From the IMG/VR virus record IMGVR_UViG_2627853678_000004: DNA of 15,215 bases; one strand, given 5' to 3'. Of this stretch, positions 6,593-13,955 are shown one piece after another (the stretch's first letter is position 1; every line of letters begins with the position of its first letter). The notes beneath the pieces were generated by a model. It had not been told where the DNA came from. It saw nothing but the letters and a program-made list of their open reading frames with translations, and made no database searches. The stretch comes from a virus (Duplodnaviria; Heunggongvirae; Uroviricota; Caudoviricetes). Made by a program: the position numbers and the translations under genes.

Positions 6593-9352
6593 TTATTCTT
6601 CTGGCTGGCTGCTTTCCTCATCCATGAAGTTGAGCACATAAACGCGAATTTGCCGCCCTCCTTCCCTTACCCGCCCCTGATAACCTCGCCCGCTCGTTGG
6701 TGGTGTTAGCATTCCTGCATTCTTGAGAACTTCGGCAAACTGCCTGACATTAAAACCCCGTGCGATCTCCTGCTCAAATGTTGCCGGGAAGGTGTAGAAA
6801 ATTATCGGGTCGCCGTCGTGGTTCCCCTTCTTCCTGTACCCGGCTAAATCACGGATGGGTAAATCGCGCGGGTCATAACCCAGCGGCGCGAATCTACTCA
6901 GCCCATAGGCATTTAAAAACGCCTCCGTCTGCTCGATGATCTGCTGGTGCTCTTTGTTCCCCGTGCCGAACTCTTTCAGCCATGCGTTATAGGTGTGCTG
7001 TATCGCATCCCGGCACGTTTGAGCATCCCAGCCAGTAACCACGCCACCCAGCAGTAAAGCGGCCTCCAGAATGGCGAACCTCGCCCCTACACGGTGAACC
7101 TGTTCCCCATAGTCAGCAGGGATTAGACTTCGCCATCGGGCTTCACACTCACGAACGGCATCAATCGCCTGCTGCTGGTGGTCTGAAAGCCATCTAATCC
7201 ACTCCCGCCCGGCAGCGCCATGATGGTGCTGGTAAGCGTCTTTCAGCGCGTCGGCGTGATCTTTCCCTGTCTGGTGCTCATGAAAGCGCACCGCCTTACT
7301 CAGCGGGATATTCAGCAGTCGCACCAGTTGCCCCGCTTTTGTCTTGCGTCCTGCGGTGGCGATGAACGTTTCTAAATCCATTTCCCCGGTGCTGATTGCC
7401 ACGGTGCGCCAGCGTTTCAGATCCCGGTTGCCTCCTTCCTTTGCTCCCTGCAATTTCCCCACGCCGTTAAACAGGGCATAGGCAGACTGAGAAACGCTTA
7501 TCGGGTCTGCGCCCTGTCCGACTTCATCCAGCGGCATCAGCCCGTCATTGTGGGCGGCGGCCTCGTTTATCAGCCCCAGCGCCGTCCCATACCACGTCAG
7601 GCGCAAGGCATCAGGGTTGCCGTAAAGACTGCTCGCCACGTTCTGCGTGGTTGTTTTCCCGGCGCTCGATTGCTCATAAAAATGAATCCCGAATCCGTCA
7701 CGATCTGCCACCCCGATTAATGGCGCTGCCAGTGCTGCGGCGATGCCTGTCATCATCGCGTAGTTGCCGTATGCCAGCCGCGCAACACTGTTAAGCCAGC
7801 TTTCAGGCGTTCCTGCTACGGTATACCCGGCAGCGGCTGAACTGCGCCCGCTGAACAAAACAGGCCGCTGAGGTGTGCCGATGATTTCCCCGTCCGGCAT
7901 GATGTATGCCCCACACTGCCAGCCTGTAGCATGAGCAACGCGCCACAATTCACGCGAGCCGCTTCGCTGTAACCAGTCGGCAAGAATCGCCCGTAGGCTG
8001 TTTTTCGTTGTGACGTTGACGCCACCAGCTTTCAGGGTGCGCCAGCCTTCACGCTCGCCAATATCAGCCAGCGGGATAGCCGCTGTTGTCCGTATGCCTG
8101 CACCGAATGCCAGCCATGAGATAATAAGATACTGATCTTTGTCGTCGCGTCCCGTGCCGATAACCTCCAACGGTGAACATAACCAGCTTTCAGCGTTGAT
8201 GATCTCCCCGCTTTCCTTGTCCACCTTCGGCGTTACCCAGAAAACGCCATCTTTTCGGCTCTCAATGTGGGGTTTTAGTGGGTCTTTCTCTGGATGGTCA
8301 GTTTTACCGCCCTCAATGGCCTGCAATCGTGGTTTAACGGCTTCCCCTTGAATCTGGTACATCGAGTCGTTAAACGCAGCCGTAGCGACTTCCAGCCCGT
8401 TTTGCTGGTGGTGGTCGTTCCAGTCGGCTTTGTAGTCTGTCGGCGGCAGTGCCACCCATCCAGCCACGGACAAGGCGGCTTTCTCTGCGGCCTCCCTGCC
8501 TGTATTGGCTTCTCCGTTTTGGTGGTGGTCGTTGTCTGCGGCGATGATTATTTGTGCCTGTGGATACTTCCGGCGCATCACTTCGGCAACGGGTAGCAGG
8601 TTGCCCGCGTCAATTGCTGCCACTGCCAGCGCGTCCGGGCGCATCAGGTGAACTGAAAGGGCCGTCGCCAGCCCCTCGGCAATTAAAACGCTCTGCGGCG
8701 ATTCTGGCGCGTTTACGGCGTGATATGCCCCGCGCTTTGCCGAACCCGTCAGAAGTCGCTTTTCTCCATGCGGTGTAATGGTCTGCGCTGCTGCCACTGC
8801 GCCGGATTCATCCACCAGCTCCAGCAATAACGAACCATCTGGCATTAGCGGGTAATTAAACCCGGTCAGCCCTTTTGATTGCAGGTACTCAGCTTCGCCC
8901 TGTATGGCTCTCTGGCGCATTCCGGCATACAGACGGGAAAACGTAGCCCGGCGCTGCTCTGCGTCCTCTGCGGCCTTTTTCTGTCGCTCCTGCTCATGCC
9001 GCTGGCGGTCTGCGGCTAACTGCGTCTGTCTCTGGCTGGCAGCGTCTGGTGCTGGTTCTGCGGCCCGGTAATCAATACCCAGCACATCAGCGGCAAGGTG
9101 CGCCGCCTCCGTGGTGTCGCAGTTGTTAACCCGTTTGATTAAATCCAGCCCATCGCCCGCGCCGCACTGATTGCAGATAAAGCTACCTCGCCCGTTGTCG
9201 TCGAATCTGAAACGGTCTTTCCCACCACATGCAGGGCAGGGGGCATGACGGCGCGATGAATCAGGAACGTCGATAGACAGGCCAGCCAGCACATAAGGCC
9301 ATTTACCAGCGGCGGCGCTGGTCACTTCGCGGATAATGTCGATATTACGCAT
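6593..9352 (-). CDS. primase-helicase (zinc-ribbon, TOPRIM and P-loop domains), P4 alpha-like replication protein
   Basis: 919 aa. N-terminal CPACGG...FICNQCG zinc ribbon; TOPRIM-like segment (AEGLATA...IIAADNDHH...GEANTGREAAEKAA); C-terminal P-loop region (SSAGKTT Walker A-like, MPLDEVGQ Walker B-like). GGGAGG Shine-Dalgarno before the ATG at 9350-9352. Confidence 0.85.
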   Translation of the reverse strand: MRNIDIIREVTSAAAGKWPYVLAGLSIDVPDSSRRHAPCPACGGKDRFRFDDNGRGSFICNQCGAGDGLDLIKRVNNCDTTEAAHLAADVLGIDYRAAEPAPDAASQRQTQLAADRQRHEQERQKKAAEDAEQRRATFSRLYAGMRQRAIQGEAEYLQSKGLTGFNYPLMPDGSLLLELVDESGAVAAAQTITPHGEKRLLTGSAKRGAYHAVNAPESPQSVLIAEGLATALSVHLMRPDALAVAAIDAGNLLPVAEVMRRKYPQAQIIIAADNDHHQNGEANTGREAAEKAALSVAGWVALPPTDYKADWNDHHQQNGLEVATAAFNDSMYQIQGEAVKPRLQAIEGGKTDHPEKDPLKPHIESRKDGVFWVTPKVDKESGEIINAESWLCSPLEVIGTGRDDKDQYLIISWLAFGAGIRTTAAIPLADIGEREGWRTLKAGGVNVTTKNSLRAILADWLQRSGSRELWRVAHATGWQCGAYIMPDGEIIGTPQRPVLFSGRSSAAAGYTVAGTPESWLNSVARLAYGNYAMMTGIAAALAAPLIGVADRDGFGIHFYEQSSAGKTTTQNVASSLYGNPDALRLTWYGTALGLINEAAAHNDGLMPLDEVGQGADPISVSQSAYALFNGVGKLQGAKEGGNRDLKRWRTVAISTGEMDLETFIATAGRKTKAGQLVRLLNIPLSKAVRFHEHQTGKDHADALKDAYQHHHGAAGREWIRWLSDHQQQAIDAVRECEARWRSLIPADYGEQVHRVGARFAILEAALLLGGVVTGWDAQTCRDAIQHTYNAWLKEFGTGNKEHQQIIEQTEAFLNAYGLSRFAPLGYDPRDLPIRDLAGYRKKGNHDGDPIIFYTFPATFEQEIARGFNVRQFAEVLKNAGMLTPPTSGRGYQGRVREGGRQIRVYVLNFMDEESSQPEE

Positions 9353-9366
9353 TCGTATTACCTCCC

Positions 9367-9489
9367 TCAGTGCGCCGCTGGCATTTCAGGCAAGCCGTTT
9401 TCATTCAGATCAGCAATGAATCCATCATGCAGCTCTGCCAGCGTTTCACGTCCGAACGGGGTCAGCTCGCCGCGCTCCGTGTCGATCAT
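9367..9489 (-). CDS. unannotated 40-aa ORF, translationally coupled to the primase-helicase
   Basis: Not in the supplied ORF track. Its ATG (9487-9489) overlaps the stop of the 168-aa ORF as ATGA, and its TGA (9367-9369) lies just before the primase Shine-Dalgarno. Product MIDTERGELTPFGRETLAELHDGFIADLNENGLPEMPAAH. Confidence 0.35.
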   Translation of the reverse strand: MIDTERGELTPFGRETLAELHDGFIADLNENGLPEMPAAH

Positions 9490-9992
9490 GGCCTGATAAA
9501 AACAATGGCGTTCGCCGTTCCCTGCTCAATGCCGTAGCGCTCAATCATTGCGCCCTCGATGTTATTCGCCATCGCCAGACGTTCCGCGAACGGGTAAACC
9601 ACAATCCCCGCCGTGCCATTGGAGTAAATCGCTACTTTTGACGTTGTGCCGTCAGCCTCCGTGACGGTGGTTGTGCCGTTTTCGCGCTTCATCTCAGAAA
9701 TGAACGTGGTAGCAATCAGCCAGCGCCACATAGTGACGTTATGCTGCGCGGTAAAGTCGAACCAGCCACGCGCCCCGCCATCAGCAACGGCAAAATGTAT
9801 GGCGTATCCGATATTTGGCGTATCGTCGTACTCTCCGGCATCAAGGCGGTTTACCGCGCTCTCGTAGCTGATAAGAGCAACCTGCTCATATCCCCCGGCA
9901 TCATTGCGGGTCATGATATTGACGCCGTGCGGTGTGGCTTCGGCGTGTAATAAGTCGGCATTTCCCGATTTAATGGTCGGTGCGTTGCTCAT
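9486..9992 (-). CDS. hypothetical protein (168 aa)
   Basis: ORF in an ATGA-overlap chain with its neighbours; non-repetitive composition. Family not recognised. Confidence 0.55.
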   Translation of the reverse strand: MSNAPTIKSGNADLLHAEATPHGVNIMTRNDAGGYEQVALISYESAVNRLDAGEYDDTPNIGYAIHFAVADGGARGWFDFTAQHNVTMWRWLIATTFISEMKRENGTTTVTEADGTTSKVAIYSNGTAGIVVYPFAERLAMANNIEGAMIERYGIEQGTANAIVFIRP

Positions 9993-10252
9993 GCGCTGCC
10001 CTCCGCATCAATTCTGGCTATATCGACAATCGTCAGGACTTTACTCAGCCAGCAATACGCGATGGCTGCTTGCTCAACTTCGAGGAGTGGTAATAAATCG
10101 GTCATAACGTGAGCCAGCCCATTGCGGGCGCGGGTCATGCGTTCTGCTGTTCGGTCTGCCAGCGTAAAATCATCCGGGTATGATTCTTTGCGAGATAGCA
10201 TCGCTTCGGCTTCCAGCTCTGCCGGGTGGCGGTAGATGGTATTTATGTTCAT
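9989..10252 (-). CDS. hypothetical protein (87 aa)
   Basis: Its ATG (10250-10252) overlaps the upstream stop as ATGA, and its stop overlaps the next start as ATGA. Confidence 0.5.
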   Translation of the reverse strand: MNINTIYRHPAELEAEAMLSRKESYPDDFTLADRTAERMTRARNGLAHVMTDLLPLLEVEQAAIAYCWLSKVLTIVDIARIDAEGSA

Positions 10253-10428
10253 GCTGCCACCTCACGAATGCGGGTAATCTGGATGTGGGAAAGGCGTTCA
10301 TTTCTGGCCTGATTTAGCGCCTCAGCTTTGGCGCTGATCGCGCTGCGGGCGTCAACGATATAAACGAACTCGACTAATTCGCCGCTCCGGGCGGTGGCGC
10401 ATCCTGCAACACGGAAGTAATTAAGCAT
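10249..10428 (-). CDS. hypothetical small protein (59 aa)
   Basis: ATG at 10426-10428 with AGGGGG 6 nt upstream (MLNYFRVAGCATARSGELVEFVYIVDARS...). It overlaps the upstream stop by 8 nt. The six-frame ORF start at 10458 lacks a Shine-Dalgarno. Confidence 0.45.
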   Translation of the reverse strand: MLNYFRVAGCATARSGELVEFVYIVDARSAISAKAEALNQARNERLSHIQITRIREVAA

Positions 10429-10612
10429 GTGCGCCCCCTGTGCGAATACGTCCGGCAAAAAAGCAAACGTGATCCCGCGCCAGAATGCGGCGGGCTTCCT
10501 GCTCAGTTTCTGCGGCGATATGGTGAATTTTGGCGGTAATTGTCGGCATGTCGCGGCGAACGGCTGCGATTAACCAGATAAATTGTGGATTTTGGGTAGG
10601 GGTAGTAGCCAT
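10421..10612 (-). CDS. small protein (63 aa), possibly Icd-like
   Basis: ATG at 10610-10612 with GAGG upstream (MATTPTQNPQFIWLIAAVRRDMPTITAKIHHIAAETEQEARRILARDHVCFFAGRIRTGGAHA). Resemblance to Icd-like small proteins of P4-type islands is from memory only. Confidence 0.4.
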   Translation of the reverse strand: MATTPTQNPQFIWLIAAVRRDMPTITAKIHHIAAETEQEARRILARDHVCFFAGRIRTGGAHA

Positions 10613-10781
10613 GATGGCAGCCTCTATACAGTGAATTTTGAATTCACCACCAAGAGACGCCAATCTCAGACTGGTGGTGAGCTGAACAAGGTTGGCGTAA
10701 CCGGCCTGTATAGACACCGGCCTTCCTTTCGGAAGCCTCATCCAGCCCACCATAATTTGGGTGCGCAGGAATTTTGCCGAC

Positions 10782-10804
10782 AAAAAAACACGCTTAGTGC
10801 GTGT
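10782..10804 (-). terminator. putative intrinsic terminator or attenuator in the leader
   Basis: On the minus-strand RNA, ACACGC-loop-GCGUGU (6 bp stem, 5 nt loop) is followed by UUUUUUU. It lies inside the long non-coding-looking region upstream of the small-ORF/primase operon. Confidence 0.35.
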
Positions 10805-11132
10805 CGGCACTATACAGGTTATCGGGACGCCAATCCCGGCACCTGATTTTGCAGGTGCGCTATAACCATAAACCGGGTTGGCGATAGTCGGCAAGCCCTT
10901 TTTTATGGACTCGCAAAACTCACCTTCGCGCGTGCGCGTACTGGTCGCAAAACTCGAAAAAAACTTAGGATTTATTAGGATTCGCAGCCCAATTCTCAGC
11001 CCAGAAAACGCCTCTAAAATGTCGTCATTTGTCGCAACGGCGCGGCGATGAATGTCAGGTTTTGACAGGTTGTAAGGGTTAACATTTGTTAACAGGCTAG
11101 CCAGATTAAAGGCTTCTTTCTGGGCGGCAGGT

Positions 11133-11315
11133 TCATTCAGTATCACGGCGCACCTCCACGAACTCCTTAACGAATCTCTCCAAAGGCTGAACACATGGCG
11201 ACTGATAGCCCTCGCGGTAAAAGGTCACTCGGTTATGCTCGACGCGCTGTACGGTCACTACAGCCCCGTGCGAATCCTTGTAACGGCTTCCCGGCATCGG
11301 ATTATGGTTACGCAT
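11133..11315 (-). CDS. hypothetical small protein (60 aa)
   Basis: ATG at 11313-11315 with GGAGG upstream (MRNHNPMPGSRYKDSHGAVVTVQRVEHNRVTFYREGY...). Overlaps the antirepressor stop by 8 nt. Confidence 0.5.
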   Translation of the reverse strand: MRNHNPMPGSRYKDSHGAVVTVQRVEHNRVTFYREGYQSPCVQPLERFVKEFVEVRRDTE

Positions 11316-12140
11316 GGTTTACCTCCAGACGTTTAGCGAGCCAGCGTTGCGACAGGCGGGTGAGTTCTCCTTTGGGCTGCTCATATTCCATGCCCATATC
11401 AATTAACGTGATATTGGTGCTTTCGAGATATGAGAGGTGCTCAAGCTGTTCTGCGTTCATATGGTCGCGAGGTTCGCCAGAATAGCCATTTATCCGCGCC
11501 CACTGCTTAGCAGTTAGCCCACCAAGAACGATACGAGAAATCATATTGCTCTCGTTTGTGTAGTGGTGTTGCTGCGTCGTTTTACCCATCTCGGCACGGG
11601 CCATATTCAGCGCATCGCACATCGGCTTAAAGTTGTTTGCGGCACTGATACGGGCTTTTAGCTGGCGACGATAGCGGGCGGCGATTTCAGGCACGCTACG
11701 CTGTAATTCTTCCTCGCACTGGATGAAATAACGGCGGATAGCGCGGCCCTGTTCGGTGCGTTCGATCATTGCCAGTTCTTTCGCCATTCCGACACTTAAC
11801 AGATAGTCTTTGCCGGGTCTGCCAGAGTGCTTAATCTTGCTGTAAGCCGCGCCATTCGGGCTTTTCCCCAAATTTGGGGAAATAGTTTTATGGACTGAGT
11901 AATCGTGCCCAATGGTGAAGTCATATTCAGAGATGCGATCAGTGATCCATGTAGAGAAGTCTTTTCCCACGCCCAACGCTTTGTGTAACGCTTTTGCGCT
12001 AACAATATTGGTTTCACGCCCACCGATATGACCAGGAATAACCGGGACAATTGCGGCAAATTCATTACCGTTAATTGTGCCTGATAGGCGTTCAGATGAG
12101 GGGCGGCCTCAGAAATTAATCTGCTTTTTTCGATGTTCAT
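11308..12140 (-). CDS. phage antirepressor (AntA/KilAC-type); 5' end is in a different frame from the conserved body, possible pseudogene
   Basis: Conserved body in one frame (open 11308-12108): ...IVPVIPGHIGGRETNIVSAKALHKALGVGKDFSTWITDRISEYDF...DYLLSVGMAKELAMIERTEQGRAIRRYFIQCEE.... That frame has no ATG, GTG or TTG start with a Shine-Dalgarno before the TTG at 11976. The only good start (GGAG plus ATG at 12138-12140) is in another frame that stops at 11796. Confidence 0.55.
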
Positions 12141-12152
12141 TTTCAGTCTCCG

Positions 12153-12587
12153 TTAGGCGGCGGTGAGATTGTCCGGGTATAGATTGAGAATGTCGGCAAT
12201 TTCAGGCTGAGAAAGTCCCTGATAGCCCCCAGCGTCGGCGTTATGGTTCACAAGCCGAATAACTTTTAGAACGTCACCGCGCCCGGTAAAGCGATAGCGT
12301 AAATGTGACCCGATCCCGTCGGGATTCTTTTCGTCGATACGCTCTAACTGAATATCAAGCCTGCGTTCTAACTCGCTGGCGTAGTTCCTTCCAGACGAAA
12401 GGCGGCAGTAGCGCAGAATGTCGTTTTCTGTCCATCCCTCTACCCCAGTGCGTAGCATATAGACGCGGGCGCGGTGCTTCTTCGGTGTGCGGCGTGGCGC
12501 TTGTGTGGTGGGCGCTGGTGGCGTAACATCAGATCCGCGAATATCTATGTTAGCCGCCTGCTGTCCGGGGCGGTTTTCTTTTTTCAT
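12153..12587 (-). CDS. hypothetical protein (144 aa)
   Basis: Its ATG (12585-12587) overlaps the AlpA stop as ATGA. Basic, Pro-rich N-terminus followed by a globular region. Family not recognised. Confidence 0.55.
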   Translation of the reverse strand: MKKENRPGQQAANIDIRGSDVTPPAPTTQAPRRTPKKHRARVYMLRTGVEGWTENDILRYCRLSSGRNYASELERRLDIQLERIDEKNPDGIGSHLRYRFTGRGDVLKVIRLVNHNADAGGYQGLSQPEIADILNLYPDNLTAA

Positions 12588-12805
12588 CAGGCCACCTTCC
12601 CGCGACGCTCTGCCAGCCAGTTGTTAATCTCTACCGCATCAAAGGCGGTAATCTTCTCGCCCAGCTTTACCGGGCGCGGCAGAACCCCATTGCGAACTTT
12701 GCGATCAATGGTGGAAACGCTAACGCCCAGCAATTCAGCAAGGCGGAAGCGTCGGATATAGCCAGATTGGGGGATTGTGTGGGTTGTTGCGTTATGTGTT
12801 GCCAT
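12587..12805 (-). CDS. alpA: AlpA-family transcriptional regulator / excisionase-like protein
   Basis: 72 aa with the helix-turn-helix pattern RLAELLGVSVSTIDRKVRNGVLPRPVKLGEKITAFDAVEINNWL, characteristic of AlpA-family proteins found next to P4-type integrases. Confidence 0.8.
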   Translation of the reverse strand: MATHNATTHTIPQSGYIRRFRLAELLGVSVSTIDRKVRNGVLPRPVKLGEKITAFDAVEINNWLAERRGKVA

Positions 12806-12879
12806 ATGTCCCGTAACCTCTTTTGATGGTTGTTGCTTCGTTACGGGTATGATGGGAGCAATAGATTGTAATGTATCGG

Positions 12880-12916
12880 AATTATTAGAAAACTCCCCGG
12901 AATTTTCATAATTCCG
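12880..12916 (-). terminator. hairpin immediately after the stop of the AT-rich gene (terminator or operator-like)
   Basis: CGGAATT-TTCAT-AATTCCG is a perfect 7 bp stem at 12898-12916, followed on the minus-strand RNA by GGGGAGUUUUCU. An additional CGGAATT direct repeat lies at 12877-12883. Confidence 0.3.
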
Positions 12917-13840
12917 TTATCGGTTGACTCCCCCTTTTCGCAGCCAATCTATAAGCGTCTTATCATCATCCGGGAGTGGTAGCTCCTCACCTTTATTGTT
13001 AGCTTTATTTCTCAGTTGTGTAATGCTGCCTTTTAAATCACTATCGGTTAAGCCTATACGTTTAAGTAATGCGACAATTAGTCTCATCTGTTTTTCTGTT
13101 GTTTTTACTGGTTTTCCTACATTCATTTCCGTCGGCGGTAAGGGAATAACACCTCCGTTAATCATGCTTTTAATCGGCTCGCCTGTGTCTATTGCGTCTT
13201 TGAGTTTTAAAATGGTATCTCTGGCAATAAATAGATCGGAAGTTGTCAAAGTCTCATTAAGCGCAGGTTTTCGGCTCTCACTTAACTGAAACCCTATGCT
13301 TTCGGCTAGTTGTCTGTTTAGCGTAGGTAGCCAGCTCTGATTAAAATATCTATCGCTAATTATCTGACACGAAAGGCCAGTCTTCTCGCGGAAAGTGTCC
13401 CATCCGAACGGCCTGAAAATTGTCGTGTCTATCACCCTTGCCCTCTTAGAATAAAGAAGACTTTCTATTTCACTGTGTCCCAGACACCATAGCCCGTTCG
13501 CCAATCCTCTAAATAAAATAAGCCCACTATCTGTTTTGTATGCGTCATGTTCGGTGAGCGTGGAATTAAAATGAGATATATAGTTGCCCTCACGAAAAAG
13601 AAATGATGAGTTTCCTTTGTGTTCGTGATAAAACTCAATTGGGTCTTTTATATCTTTACCGCCTATAAAAGCCAAAGTAGAAGAAAATCCTCTCATCATT
13701 ATACACAACGGTATAGCCCCAATAACTCCATAGTGAAGTAAATCATCTGTATCGCATTGCAAAATACTAGCTGCCCTGTCGAGCTTAAAGTATTCCATAG
13801 GTGGGATTTTAATACTGCTGTGGGCTTCTTTTTTGGTCAT
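12917..13840 (-). CDS. hypothetical protein (307 aa), AT-rich orphan gene between integrase and AlpA
   Basis: First ATG at 13838-13840 with GGTGA upstream; the six-frame ORF start at 13855 is a GTG. Sampled 60 bp windows are about 33-45% GC against about 58% in the primase gene. No family motif recognised. Confidence 0.6.
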   Translation of the reverse strand: MTKKEAHSSIKIPPMEYFKLDRAASILQCDTDDLLHYGVIGAIPLCIMMRGFSSTLAFIGGKDIKDPIEFYHEHKGNSSFLFREGNYISHFNSTLTEHDAYKTDSGLILFRGLANGLWCLGHSEIESLLYSKRARVIDTTIFRPFGWDTFREKTGLSCQIISDRYFNQSWLPTLNRQLAESIGFQLSESRKPALNETLTTSDLFIARDTILKLKDAIDTGEPIKSMINGGVIPLPPTEMNVGKPVKTTEKQMRLIVALLKRIGLTDSDLKGSITQLRNKANNKGEELPLPDDDKTLIDWLRKGGVNR

Positions 13841-13955
13841 CGCGTCACCTTTCACGCTGTGCCTTAAAGAGTGATTGAGCCAGGCGGTAAGGCTTCCCGC
13901 TTTTCGCCCCGTCGGGCTAGGCTCAATCTGTCCTCTGATTCTTTACATATCTTGG

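Noticed and set aside
7816-8778. Short ORFs inside the primase-helicase gene (7816..8025, 8139..8351, 8294..8596, 8554..8778)
   Set aside because: They are antisense or alternative-frame ORFs within a 919-aa gene that has clear domain structure.
10421-11194. 257-aa six-frame ORF spanning the leader region
   Set aside because: It begins with GTG and has no Shine-Dalgarno, overlaps the 60-aa gene by 62 nt, and runs across homopolymer tracts and a terminator-like hairpin. I annotated only the 63-aa C-terminal ORF with its own ATG. Not fully excluded, because an open frame this long is improbable by chance.
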